From Gemmatimonadota bacterium (GTDB lineage Bacteria; Gemmatimonadota; Gemmatimonadetes; Gemmatimonadales; Gemmatimonadaceae): 64,000 bases of DNA. The notes below the pieces were generated by a model. The model ran no database searches and was not told the DNA's origin. It worked only from the letters and a program-made list of their open reading frames with translations. Shown one piece after another: positions 7,731 through 16,978 of this stretch. A program made the translations under genes and the position numbers. The stretch is from contig JAPLKU010000022.1 of NCBI GenBank assembly GCA_026387935.1, positions 520-64,519 on the forward strand. Reading direction: 5' to 3'. The first letter of the stretch is position 1. Each line of letters begins with the position of its first letter.

Positions 7731-9098
7731 CTACACCGCCGACGCGAGCGATGCCCGTCCGCGCGCGATCAGCTCTGCCGCTGCGTCGCGCGTTGGAGCC
7801 TCGGCAATCACGCGGATGATCGGCTCGGTGCCGGATGGGCGGAGGTGAATCCACCGGTCCTTCCAGGCGAGCCGAAGCCCGTCTTCAGTGTTGGCTGCCG
7901 CATCGGGGAACGCCGCGCGCAGCGCCGTGTAGGCGCCGTGGAGGGGTCCATCGGTGCGAGGAAGCTTGTCCTTGATGATCACGTATCGGGGTGAAGCGGC
8001 AACGATCTTCGAAATTGGCAACGGGTCATCGACCATCAATTGCAAGGTCAATGCCACCGCCAGCGGCGCATCACGGCCGAGGTGGAGCTCAGGCAGAATC
8101 ACGCCGCCATTCCCCTCTCCACCGATTACCGCCCCCTCTGTACGCATGCGGAGCGCGACGTTCACCTCGCCAACGGGCGCGTGAACGAGCGTCTGTCCGG
8201 CATCGCGCACCGCGTCATCAACCACCTGGCTCGTGGACAGATTGGCGACAACGTGTCCCTTTCGATGTCGCAACACGACACGGCAGGCGAAGGCCAGCGT
8301 GTAGTCCTCGCCGATTGCCGAGCCCCGATCGGAGACCAGCGCGAGACGGTCCACGTCCGGGTCGGTCGCGAACCCGACAGCGGCGCCCGTCTCACGAACG
8401 AGGCGCTCGAGGTCGCCGAGGTTCTCGGGGATGGGCTCGGGCGGGCGTGGAAAGCGGCCATCAGGAGCCGTATTGATCGAGCGCACGTCACATCCAAGTC
8501 GGGCGAGCAGCGCCGGGATGATGATGCCGCCCGCGCCACTGCAGGCGTCGTAGGCCACGCGAAACGTTTTTGCGCGAATCGCGTCGCCATCAACAAACGG
8601 CAATGCAAGCACCGCGTCGATGTGGCGGGAGACCGCGCCGGCATCAACCGATGTTGTGCCGAGTGCGTCGTAGGTGACGTAGGGAATTCCGCTCTCGAGG
8701 AGTGTGCGCATTTCTGCGCCGGCGGCTGCGCTCAGGAAGAGCCCGTCTGGCCCGATGAACTTGAGCGCGTTCCACTCGATGGGATTGTGGCTGGCCGTAA
8801 TGCAGAGTCCGCCTGCCGCGTGGTGGTGCTCGACCGCCATCTGCAGCGTGGGCGTCGTCGTGAGCCCGAGGTCGATCACATTGGCGCCAACCGACTCGAG
8901 TGCCGCACGCGCCACACTGTGGAAGAGCGGACCGCTCACGCGGCTATCGCGACCGAGCACAATGGATTTTGCGGCGCCCTTGCCAATGGCCCACGCCCCG
9001 AAGGCGCCGGCATAGCTGGACACGACTACCGGATCGAGACCGAATCCGACTCGCCCCCGGATGCCGGAAACAGAGATCATCAGACGAGGATCGGGCAT
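7731..9098 (-). CDS. alpha-D-phosphohexomutase (likely phosphoglucosamine mutase)
   Basis: ATG 9098 (MPDPRLMISVSGIRG) is preferred over TTG 9116. It has the phosphoserine loop ITASHNP. Position next to glmS suggests a GlmM role. Confidence 0.75.
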   Translation of the reverse strand: MPDPRLMISVSGIRGRVGFGLDPVVVSSYAGAFGAWAIGKGAAKSIVLGRDSRVSGPLFHSVARAALESVGANVIDLGLTTTPTLQMAVEHHHAAGGLCITASHNPIEWNALKFIGPDGLFLSAAAGAEMRTLLESGIPYVTYDALGTTSVDAGAVSRHIDAVLALPFVDGDAIRAKTFRVAYDACSGAGGIIIPALLARLGCDVRSINTAPDGRFPRPPEPIPENLGDLERLVRETGAAVGFATDPDVDRLALVSDRGSAIGEDYTLAFACRVVLRHRKGHVVANLSTSQVVDDAVRDAGQTLVHAPVGEVNVALRMRTEGAVIGGEGNGGVILPELHLGRDAPLAVALTLQLMVDDPLPISKIVAASPRYVIIKDKLPRTDGPLHGAYTALRAAFPDAAANTEDGLRLAWKDRWIHLRPSGTEPIIRVIAEAPTRDAAAELIARGRASLASAV

Positions 9099-9144
9099 CG
9101 TGGAAAAATAAGACAAGCGCAGGGCGGGCGGCTATCTTTTGACC

Positions 9145-10314
9145 ATGACCCGCGCCTACGACGAAGATTCCAAGTACGGTCTCTCCACCCGCGGCATTCA
9201 CGCGGGCCAGCGTCCCGACCCCACCACCGGCGCGATCATGCCGCCGATCGTCCAGACGAGCACCTTCGTCCAGGAAGCGCTCGGCGTCAACAAAGGCTAC
9301 GAATACGCCCGCGGGACCAACCCGACGCGGCAGGCATTTGAGCGCAACGTCGCGTCGCTCGAAGGTGGCCGCCACGGCTTTGCCTTCTCCAGCGGAATGG
9401 GCTGCCTCACCTCGCTGTCGCTGCTCTTCAAATCGGGCGACCACATCGTCTGCGGCGAGAACGTGTATGGCGGCACCTACCGGCTTTTCGACAAAATTCT
9501 CAAGAACTTCGGCCTGACGTTCAGTTTCGTGGACACGCGCGACCCGCAACGGATCGAAGACGCGATGACCGCGAAGACCGTCGCCGTGCTGGTCGAAACG
9601 CCGACGAACCCGTTGATGCGCATCACCGACATCGCTGCGGCATCCGCGATCGCCAAACGGAAGAAGGCGTTGCTGATCGTCGACAACACTTTTGCGTCGC
9701 CGGTTTTCCAGCAGCCGCTCGCGCTTGGGGCGGACGTGGTTTATCACTCGACCACGAAGTACCTGAATGGCCACAGCGACATGATTGGCGGCATCGCGCT
9801 GCTCAACGACGATGATCTTGCCGCGCGCCTGCAGTTCATCGTGAATGCCGCCGGCGCAATTCCAGGGCCATTTGATTCCTGGCTCGCCATGCGCGGCACC
9901 AAGACGCTCGCACTCCGCATGAGGCAGCACGACGCCAACGGCCGTCAGGTGGCCGCGTGGCTCGAACAGCGGCTTGGCGCGGAGCGGGTGTTCTACGCCG
10001 GACTCCCGTCACACCCGCAGCATGCCCTGGCGACGAAGCAAATGAGTGGTTTTGGCGGCATGATCTCGGTTGAAATGAAAACAAAAGACGATGCGAACAC
10101 CGTGCTCAAGCGGGTCCGCGTTTTTTCGCTTGCGGAATCACTCGGCGGTGTGGAGTCGCTGATCAGTCATCCTGCCTCCATGACGCATGCGTCGGTGGAA
10201 CTCGATCGCCGGACAGCGTTGGGCGTGACGGAGGGGCTGATTCGCCTCTCCGTGGGCGTCGAAGATGCCGAAGATTTGCTCGCCGATCTGGAGCAGGCGC
10301 TGAAGGGCTATTAG
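9145..10314 (+). CDS. Cys/Met-metabolism PLP-dependent enzyme (cystathionine gamma-synthase/lyase family)
   Basis: ATG 9145, with TTG 9139 as an alternative start. The PLP-lysine motif STTKYLNGHSD and family-typical TRGIHAGQ are present. Confidence 0.85.
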   Translation: MTRAYDEDSKYGLSTRGIHAGQRPDPTTGAIMPPIVQTSTFVQEALGVNKGYEYARGTNPTRQAFERNVASLEGGRHGFAFSSGMGCLTSLSLLFKSGDHIVCGENVYGGTYRLFDKILKNFGLTFSFVDTRDPQRIEDAMTAKTVAVLVETPTNPLMRITDIAAASAIAKRKKALLIVDNTFASPVFQQPLALGADVVYHSTTKYLNGHSDMIGGIALLNDDDLAARLQFIVNAAGAIPGPFDSWLAMRGTKTLALRMRQHDANGRQVAAWLEQRLGAERVFYAGLPSHPQHALATKQMSGFGGMISVEMKTKDDANTVLKRVRVFSLAESLGGVESLISHPASMTHASVELDRRTALGVTEGLIRLSVGVEDAEDLLADLEQALKGY

Positions 10315-10395
10315 GGCTGTTTTACGGCCGACTCGCTGTCACTTTTCGGCGCCCTTTGACGTAGGGCTGGTACCCGACGGAACCAGGAGATTCGC

Positions 10396-11379
10396 ATGGC
10401 AACGCGTGTAGTCCTTACCGATATCTCGTCCACGGCGTGGGAGCATCCCGCCGATCGTGCCGCGCTCAGCACCTTGCGGGCGATTCCTGGTTTTGACGAA
10501 GCCATCCGGCGCATCGCCGGGTTTATCGGCGACCGCGCGTTGCGGCAACTCTTCCTCGGCAGCGCCGTGCGTGTGGGACCCACGCAGCGTCCGCGCCTCA
10601 ATGAGATGCTCACCGAAGTGCTCGCGACGATGGACTGGCCCGATCGCCCCGAGCTCTACGTCACACAGTCTCCGGTCATGAACGCCGCGGCGGTGGGATT
10701 CGACAAACCGTTCATTGTCCTCAATTCGTCGGTGCTCGAGCACCTGACGGAGGACGAGCAGCGCGCCATCATCGCGCACGAAGTTGGCCACATCATGAGC
10801 GGCCACGTCGTGTATCGGACCATCGCGATCATCATTCTGTACTTCGGCCTGCTGGCGCTGCCCTTCCTCGCCGCGGCCGTGATGTTTCCGTTCCAACTCG
10901 CGCTGCTGGAGTGGTATCGCAAAGCCGAGTTTTCCGCAGACCGCGCGGCGTTGCTTGGGGTGCAGGATCGCCACACCGCCATGATGCTGCAGCTTAAGCT
11001 TGCCGGTGGCCCGGCGTACGATCACCCGATTGACCTCGAGGCCTTTATGGCGCAGGCGTCTGAGTACGAGACCAAGGGCGATGCGTGGGATCGCGTGCTG
11101 CAGATCCTGAACACCGTCATGCGCGATCATCCGTTCGCCACGGTTCGTGCCGGTGAACTGCAACGCTGGATTGACGCCGGTGCGTACGACAAGATCGTGG
11201 CCGGCACGTATGCCAAGCGCACCGATGTCAAGGACGCGCCGGCCGATTTCAAGAAGGACTTCGCGGAAGCAGGCGACTACTACGGCGACCAGGCGCGTGC
11301 GGCGTATGGGAAGCTGACGGAAGTAGTTGGCCGCGCGAAGGATGCCTTCAACGACGCGTTCAGCGGCGCTTCGCGGTGA
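10396..11379 (+). CDS. M48 family zinc metallopeptidase
   Basis: It has the HExxH motif AHEVGHIMSGH, followed by hydrophobic segments. An AGGAG Shine-Dalgarno-like sequence precedes the ATG. Confidence 0.8.
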   Translation: MATRVVLTDISSTAWEHPADRAALSTLRAIPGFDEAIRRIAGFIGDRALRQLFLGSAVRVGPTQRPRLNEMLTEVLATMDWPDRPELYVTQSPVMNAAAVGFDKPFIVLNSSVLEHLTEDEQRAIIAHEVGHIMSGHVVYRTIAIIILYFGLLALPFLAAAVMFPFQLALLEWYRKAEFSADRAALLGVQDRHTAMMLQLKLAGGPAYDHPIDLEAFMAQASEYETKGDAWDRVLQILNTVMRDHPFATVRAGELQRWIDAGAYDKIVAGTYAKRTDVKDAPADFKKDFAEAGDYYGDQARAAYGKLTEVVGRAKDAFNDAFSGASR

Positions 11380-12656
11380 AAGTGATCATCGTCGGTGGAG
11401 GCGGGCGCGAACATGCGCTCGCATGGAAACTCCACCGCGATGATCCCTCGCTGGAGCTGATTGCGGCACCCGGAAACCCGGGAATCGCGGAACTCGGTCG
11501 CTGCGAAGCGATTGCCGCAACCGATATCGATGCGCTCTCGGCGCTCGCGCGCCGGGAGAAAGCCGATCTCACCGTTATTGGCCCTGAAGGGCCGCTCGAA
11601 GCGGGCATCGCCGACCGTTTTCGCGAACAGGGGCTCGCCGTGTTCGGCCCAACCAGCGGCGCCGCGCGGATTGAAACGTCCAAGACGTGGGCGAAGGCGC
11701 TGATGCTGCGCGCCGGCGTTCCCACCGCGGCGGCGGAGACATTCAGCGACCCCGCGGGCGCGCGTGCCGAGGTGCGGCGGCTTGGCGCGCCGGTGGTAAT
11801 CAAGGCCACTGGGCTGGCGGCGGGAAAAGGCGTGGTGGTGGCGCAGACGCTGCGCGACGCCGACGATGCCATCGCCATGATGCTGGAGAAGCGTGCCTTT
11901 GGCGACGCCGGTGGCGAAGTCCTCGTCGAGCAGTTCATGACAGGTGAGGAGCTTTCGATTTTCGCGCTCACCGACGGCACGCATGCGCAGGTGATGCTGG
12001 CTGCGCAGGACCACAAGCGGATCGGCGAAGGCGACACGGGCCCGAATACCGGTGGGATGGGCGCCTACACCCCGGTTTCGATCGCGAGTGACGCGGTGAT
12101 GGACGACGCGATGGACCGCGTGTTCATGCCGACGCTCGCGGCGATGCGTGCCGAGGGGGTTCCGTTCACCGGACTGCTGTACGCGGGTCTGATGCTCACG
12201 CCTGACGGTCCCAAGGTGGTGGAATTCAATTGTCGGTTCGGAGATCCCGAGACCGAGGCGATCCTGCCGATGATGGAGTCGTCGTTGCTCGACCGAATGC
12301 TCACGATTGCGCACAGCGGGTCGCTGAAGGACCTCTCGCCGCTCCGATGGCGGAGTGGCGCGTCGGTGACCACCGTTATCGCGGCCGCTGGGTATCCCGG
12401 CTCGGTGAAGAATGGTGATCGGATTTCCCTCCCGCCGATCACCGACGGCGTGACGGTGTTTCACGCCGGCACCAAGCGCGACGCCGATGGAGCGCTCGTC
12501 ACGGCGGGCGGACGCGTGCTCGCGGTGACGGCCACAGGCCCGACGCTTCGTGCCGCACAGCACGCGAGCGCCGGCTACGCGGCGGCCGTGACGTTCACGG
12601 GCCGCCAGTTTCGCCGCGACATCGGATGGCGCGACCTCGCACGAGCCGGTGCCTGA
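11376..12656 (+). CDS. purD: phosphoribosylamine--glycine ligase
   Basis: GTG 11376 overlaps the previous stop. The N-terminus KVIIVGGGGREHALAWKL and ATP-grasp architecture fit PurD. Confidence 0.95.
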   Translation: MKVIIVGGGGREHALAWKLHRDDPSLELIAAPGNPGIAELGRCEAIAATDIDALSALARREKADLTVIGPEGPLEAGIADRFREQGLAVFGPTSGAARIETSKTWAKALMLRAGVPTAAAETFSDPAGARAEVRRLGAPVVIKATGLAAGKGVVVAQTLRDADDAIAMMLEKRAFGDAGGEVLVEQFMTGEELSIFALTDGTHAQVMLAAQDHKRIGEGDTGPNTGGMGAYTPVSIASDAVMDDAMDRVFMPTLAAMRAEGVPFTGLLYAGLMLTPDGPKVVEFNCRFGDPETEAILPMMESSLLDRMLTIAHSGSLKDLSPLRWRSGASVTTVIAAAGYPGSVKNGDRISLPPITDGVTVFHAGTKRDADGALVTAGGRVLAVTATGPTLRAAQHASAGYAAAVTFTGRQFRRDIGWRDLARAGA

Positions 12657-13479
12657 ACTTCCGGAAGTTGAAACGATGGCGCGCGTGCTCCACGCCTCCG
12701 TGGTGCGTGGTGCGACTATCGATGACGTGCAGGTGTACCGCAGCAACGTCCTGCGCGACTGCACCGCGAAGTCGCTGAAGCATCGCGCGGAGGGAGCCAC
12801 ATTCGACCGATTCTGGCGTCGCGCCAAGTATGTCGTCGGCGAACTCTCGACGGGTGACCGAATCGTCGTGTCACCGCGATTCACCGGATCGCTCGACATC
12901 GAACGCGGTGGCTGGCACAACGCCCGCGGCGACTACACGGTGATCGTCTTTGCGCTGAAGGATGGGAATGCCCTCCGCTACCGTGACGTCCGCCGCCTTG
13001 GCACCGTCGCGTTGATGTCCCCCAATCGATTCACGGAATGGGAAGGCGCCATGGGCCCAGAGCCGCTCGAGGCGACATTCACGCCAGCCGTATTTGCCAA
13101 GAACGTTCGGAGTTCATCGCGCGCCATCAAGACGGTACTCATGGACCAGCGCCGCGTGGCCGGCATCGGGAATATCTATGCGAACGAGGCGCTTTGGCAC
13201 GCGAAGATTCGGCCATCACGGCGCGCGTCAACGCTGACGCTTGCTGAATCGGGCCGCCTCCACAAAGAGTCCGTTGCCGTCCTGCGTTCGGCCGTGGATC
13301 AGGGAGGGACGAGTTTTCGCGACTACCGCGATCCCAACGGCGAGCGCGGTGGGTTTTTGGGGCTCGCCAAGGTGTACAGCCGGCAGGGCCAGCCCTGCGT
13401 GCGGTGCGGTACGACGCTGAAGTCGTCGCACGCGATCGAGAACCGGATCACGGTATGGTGCACGGGATGCCAGAAGTAG
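12649..13479 (+). CDS. mutM: formamidopyrimidine-DNA glycosylase
   Basis: The N-terminus is (M)PELPEVET, and there is a C-terminal zinc finger CVRCG...WCTGC. The start overlaps the purD end. Confidence 0.9.
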   Translation: MPELPEVETMARVLHASVVRGATIDDVQVYRSNVLRDCTAKSLKHRAEGATFDRFWRRAKYVVGELSTGDRIVVSPRFTGSLDIERGGWHNARGDYTVIVFALKDGNALRYRDVRRLGTVALMSPNRFTEWEGAMGPEPLEATFTPAVFAKNVRSSSRAIKTVLMDQRRVAGIGNIYANEALWHAKIRPSRRASTLTLAESGRLHKESVAVLRSAVDQGGTSFRDYRDPNGERGGFLGLAKVYSRQGQPCVRCGTTLKSSHAIENRITVWCTGCQK

Positions 13480-13504
13480 CGACGTTCCTGCAGGGCGCCA
13501 GCTG

Positions 13505-14632
13505 ATGGCCCTCCGCCGTCGCCGACGGAAGGAACTCCCGCCCCTCGTCGAGGCACGGCGTGACACGATGCTCGCCGCGGTCAAGAGTGACGCGCGCGAC
13601 AAGCCGGGCACTTACCGTCTCCTCGCGGAAGACGGCGAGGTGCTGTACGTCGGCAAATCGAAAGGTGTGCGCACGCGTTTGCTGACCCATTTCCGCGCCG
13701 AGTATCCACGCGACAAAAGCGCGCGGATGATCGCGGAGGCCCATAGCGTTGCGTGGGACTACGAACCCAGCGAGTTCGCGGCGTGCATATCGGAGCTCCG
13801 GCTCATCAAGCGGTGGCGCCCACGGTACAACGTGGCCATGAAGCGTGACGCGCGGCACTACGCGTTTATCCGACTCACCGCCGGGCCGGCGCCCAAGCTG
13901 CATGTGGTGCGAGGTTCGCATGGTCACGACGATGCGACCTACTTCGGTCCGTTTCATGGCGCCGTCCAACTCGCTGAAGCACTTCGCGAACTCAACGACG
14001 CGCTGGGGCTCCGTGACTGCGCGCTCGACACGCGGATGCATTTCGCTGACCAAGTGGAGCTGCCGGTTGCCGTCGCGCGGACGCCGGGGTGTATTCGCTA
14101 TGAAATCGGGCGCTGCCTTGGGCCGTGCGTGGCCGCAACGACGGCCGCGCAGTACGACGAGCGCGTCCGCCTCGCGCGCGAGTTTCTCGCCGGGCGGCAC
14201 GATGCCCCAATCGTCGCACTCCGCGAAGCGATGGAAGCGTCGAGCGAGCGACTCGAGTTCGAGCGCGCTGCCGCGTTGCGTGACAAGGTCACGCGCCTTG
14301 AATCGCTGCAAGCCCAGTTCACTCGGCTGCGCTTTGCTGTCGAAACCCTTTCGTTCACGTACACGGTTTCCGGCGATGGCGGCGACGACCGGGCGTACGT
14401 GATCCGGCGAGGCCGGGTGCGACACGAGGGTCCGGCGCCGCGCACGCCGGCCGAACAGGCGTTGTTCGACGCGCGCGTGGCGGAAGTGTTCGCGCCGGTC
14501 GCTCGCGATTCCGGTGCGGTGCCCGCGCATGAGATTGATGAGTTGTTGCTGGTGGCGAGCTGGTTCCGCCAACATCCGGCCGAGCTCGAACGGGCAACGC
14601 CGACGGCGCCTGCGCTCACCCGCAGCGCGTAG
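13505..14632 (+). CDS. UvrC-homologous GIY-YIG nuclease (Cho-like, lacks the UvrC C-terminal half)
   Basis: It has a GIY-YIG module (GTYRLL...VLYVGKS...R) and a UVR-like helix ERAAALRDKVTRLESL. At 375 aa it has no HhH region. Confidence 0.7.
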   Translation: MALRRRRRKELPPLVEARRDTMLAAVKSDARDKPGTYRLLAEDGEVLYVGKSKGVRTRLLTHFRAEYPRDKSARMIAEAHSVAWDYEPSEFAACISELRLIKRWRPRYNVAMKRDARHYAFIRLTAGPAPKLHVVRGSHGHDDATYFGPFHGAVQLAEALRELNDALGLRDCALDTRMHFADQVELPVAVARTPGCIRYEIGRCLGPCVAATTAAQYDERVRLAREFLAGRHDAPIVALREAMEASSERLEFERAAALRDKVTRLESLQAQFTRLRFAVETLSFTYTVSGDGGDDRAYVIRRGRVRHEGPAPRTPAEQALFDARVAEVFAPVARDSGAVPAHEIDELLLVASWFRQHPAELERATPTAPALTRSA

Positions 14633-14689
14633 CCGTACCCGAGGCTACGGCAGTTCTTCGCGGCCGGAAGTGGTTTCAACATCCATCGT

Positions 14690-14883
14690 GGGGTCTCGGC
14701 GCTAACGCGTCATCGGACAAGCGCCGGATGCAGCAGAGACCAGCCGGATACGGCAACTGACTGGGGGCACTACACCGACGGTGCCATTCCAGGCAGTTCC
14801 CCCAGGTATTTGCCGTGGTCGCACCCACGAAGCATCCGCTCGAGTCCGGCGGTGTTCCGCACCCGCGCTAGCGCCGAGACACC
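14690..14883 (+). repeat. copy A of an inverted-repeat-bounded structured intergenic repeat family (MITE-like or RNA element)
   Basis: The left end GGGGTCTCGGCGCTAACGCG and the right end CGCGCTAGCGCCGAGACACC are near-perfect inverted repeats. There is a central stem CTGGGGG(14761)...CCCCCAG(14805). It shares ordered modules with the copies at 37557 and 45225. Confidence 0.75.
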
Positions 14884-14929
14884 GGTCGATCGCGCAGTGA
14901 CTCGATGCATGACGCGTCGAGCCGGTTTT
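14881..14929 (+). terminator. possible hairpin plus T-run just after repeat copy A
   Basis: ACCGGTCGA...TCGAGCCGGT can form a 9-bp stem with one bulge, followed by TTTTG. The loop is long, so the call is weak. Confidence 0.3.
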
Positions 14930-14950
14930 GAAACCGCTTCTAGAGGCAAC

Positions 14951-15430
14951 TCACGGGTCGTAGGCGAGCGGAATGATGGTCACCTCGGCGCGGCCATTCA
15001 CTATACGCAAGCGTGCAACGGAAGGCTCCAGATCAAATCGCCGCGCTCCAGCAGCCCCCGGATTTATCACAAGCGTGTTCCCCACCTGCGCCACGAGTTG
15101 TCGGTGCGTGTGGCCATAGACAATCACCTCTGCGGCGTAGGTGGCCGCGAGCAACACCGGCGTCGGCCGGCGCACCTCGTGGCCATGACTGACGTGAATG
15201 CGCACACCGCCGATCGTCAGGTCGAGGGCGCTGACAAGACCAGGATGGTCCGATGGGTCGGTGTTGCCGTACACGGCCTGGACCGGTGCAATCACCGACA
15301 GCTCATCCAGAATCTCTTCGCCGCCAACATCGCCCGCGTGCAGAATCAGTTCGACACCCGCGAGCGCGGCGTGCACGTCTGGGCGGAGCAGCCCGTGCGT
15401 ATCAGAGATCAGGCCGATGTCACGCGACAT
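14951..15430 (-). CDS. YfcE/MJ0936-type metallophosphoesterase
   Basis: The motifs LISDTHG, HAGD, GNTD and SHGH occur in canonical order. Confidence 0.8.
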   Translation of the reverse strand: MSRDIGLISDTHGLLRPDVHAALAGVELILHAGDVGGEEILDELSVIAPVQAVYGNTDPSDHPGLVSALDLTIGGVRIHVSHGHEVRRPTPVLLAATYAAEVIVYGHTHRQLVAQVGNTLVINPGAAGARRFDLEPSVARLRIVNGRAEVTIIPLAYDP

Positions 15431-15436
15431 AGGGAC

Positions 15437-16048
15437 TCACCTCCAGCGCTTACCTACCGCGTGCTCGACGTCCAGCTGATCGAGTACTCGGGCGACGACA
15501 AAATCGATGAGGTCCTCCATCGATTTCGGACGGTGATAGAACGCGGGTGCAGCCGGCAACACCACGGCTCCAGCCCGCGTGAGGCGAAGCATGTTCTCGA
15601 GGTGAATCGCCGAGAGCGGCGTTTCGCGCGGCACCAGCACCAGCTTGCGTCGCTCCTTGAGCGTGACATCGGCGGAGCGTTCCACGAGCGAACGCGACGT
15701 GCCGGCGGCGATCGACGCGACGGTGCCCATCGAGCAGGGGCAGATGACCATGCCGGCCGTGAGTACCGATCCACTCGCCGGCGCCGCGCCTCGATCGCCG
15801 TCGTCGAAGACGCGGACATGCGCGTCGAAGCGCTTCTTGCCGATCGCGAGTCGCAGGCCGTCGAGGTCGGCCACGTCGGACTCTGTCTGCAGCAGGCGGT
15901 AGCCGTGCGCGGAAACGATCAGCCAGACGTCGCGCTTCGCCTCGACGAGTGCGTCAAGAAGGCGGATGGCGTAGGGCGCGCCGCTCGCGCCGGTCAGCGC
16001 GAATACGATCGGCAGGCCGACAGCGGGAGTCTTCGGAGTGCGCGGCAT
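15437..16048 (-). CDS. ubiX: UbiX-family flavin prenyltransferase
   Basis: It has the flavoprotein signature ALTGASGAPYAIRLL. The start overlaps the stop of the upstream prenyltransferase gene. Confidence 0.9.
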   Translation of the reverse strand: MPRTPKTPAVGLPIVFALTGASGAPYAIRLLDALVEAKRDVWLIVSAHGYRLLQTESDVADLDGLRLAIGKKRFDAHVRVFDDGDRGAAPASGSVLTAGMVICPCSMGTVASIAAGTSRSLVERSADVTLKERRKLVLVPRETPLSAIHLENMLRLTRAGAVVLPAAPAFYHRPKSMEDLIDFVVARVLDQLDVEHAVGKRWR

Positions 16049-16974
16049 CAGTACACTCGGTCGATGAGCATGAATACAAAGAAGACGATACTGATCACCC
16101 CATTCATCGTGAAAAACGCCGCATCGAGGCGGGATTGGTCTTCCTCAGTGACGAGCGAATGCTCATAGGCCAGCAACAGGGCTACCACCCCGACACCGAG
16201 CCAGGAGAGTTTTCCCGGATGCGTGATGCCAGCCGCGGCACTCACCACGATGGCCAGCAGGCCGACGGTGACCGCGTGCATCGCGCGCGAAACCCGAAGG
16301 GCGCTCCGCAGCCCGACCGTCGCTGGAAGCGAGTACAGACGGTGTTTTCGGTCAAAGGCGATGTCCTGCAAGGCGTACAGGATGTCGAAGCCAGCGCCCC
16401 AAGTCATCACGGCCGCAACGAGTGCTGGAATCACCCACCAGGGGTCGCTCCAACGTCCGGTCACGGCGAGATAGCCGCCGGCCGGCGCGATGCCCATGCC
16501 GACGCCAAGCACGAGATGCGACCAGCGGGTGAAGCGTTTCGTGTAGCTGTAAATGAAGACCCAGCCGAGTGCGAACGGCGCGAGCGCCAGGCAGAGCGGA
16601 TTAAGCCGCCACGCGGCGACCATGAAAACGGCCGCGGCGACACCAACGGCCACTGACGCCTCGGTGACGCTCAGCTTCCCGCTCGGGAGTTCACGCATCG
16701 CCGTGCGCGGATTCCTGGCATCGATCGCGCGATCCACGATGCGATTGAATCCCATCGCGGCGAATCGTGCCGCGGTGAATGCCAGAACGACCCACGCGAC
16801 GGTCTCCCAGCGGACCGTCGCGACGTAGGACGCGAGCACCACGCCGACGAGCGCGAACGGCAGCGCGAACACCGTGTGCGGAAGCCGCACGAAGTTCGCG
16901 TACACGGCGAGGCGCGAGGCGCCCGCCATCGTCTGGCCTTCACGAGGCGTCAGGGGTTCATTCGCGGCACCCAT
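16048..16974 (-). CDS. UbiA-family aromatic prenyltransferase
   Basis: ATG 16974 lies 4 nt after the UbiD stop; ATG 16929 is an alternative start. It is polytopic and carries the Asp-rich motifs NRIVDRAIDARN and DILYALQDIAFD. Confidence 0.8.
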   Translation of the reverse strand: MGAANEPLTPREGQTMAGASRLAVYANFVRLPHTVFALPFALVGVVLASYVATVRWETVAWVVLAFTAARFAAMGFNRIVDRAIDARNPRTAMRELPSGKLSVTEASVAVGVAAAVFMVAAWRLNPLCLALAPFALGWVFIYSYTKRFTRWSHLVLGVGMGIAPAGGYLAVTGRWSDPWWVIPALVAAVMTWGAGFDILYALQDIAFDRKHRLYSLPATVGLRSALRVSRAMHAVTVGLLAIVVSAAAGITHPGKLSWLGVGVVALLLAYEHSLVTEEDQSRLDAAFFTMNGVISIVFFVFMLIDRVY

Positions 16975-16978
16975 CGCG

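Noticed and set aside
9099-9144. A very short (about 46 nt) divergent spacer between the phosphohexomutase and the Cys/Met PLP enzyme genes, which might imply leaderless mRNAs or overlapping promoters.
   Set aside because: Start-codon choice on both sides is uncertain (TTG 9116 and TTG 9139 are alternatives). The spacer length alone therefore supports no conclusion.
10384-10398. An identical 15-mer CAGGAGATTCGCATG at the start codons of the M48 peptidase (10384) and the DPP-IV-like peptidase (42568).
   Set aside because: It is essentially a Shine-Dalgarno sequence, a spacer and an ATG. A few identical 15-mers are expected by chance in 64 kb of biased sequence. It is noted, but not strong evidence of shared regulation.
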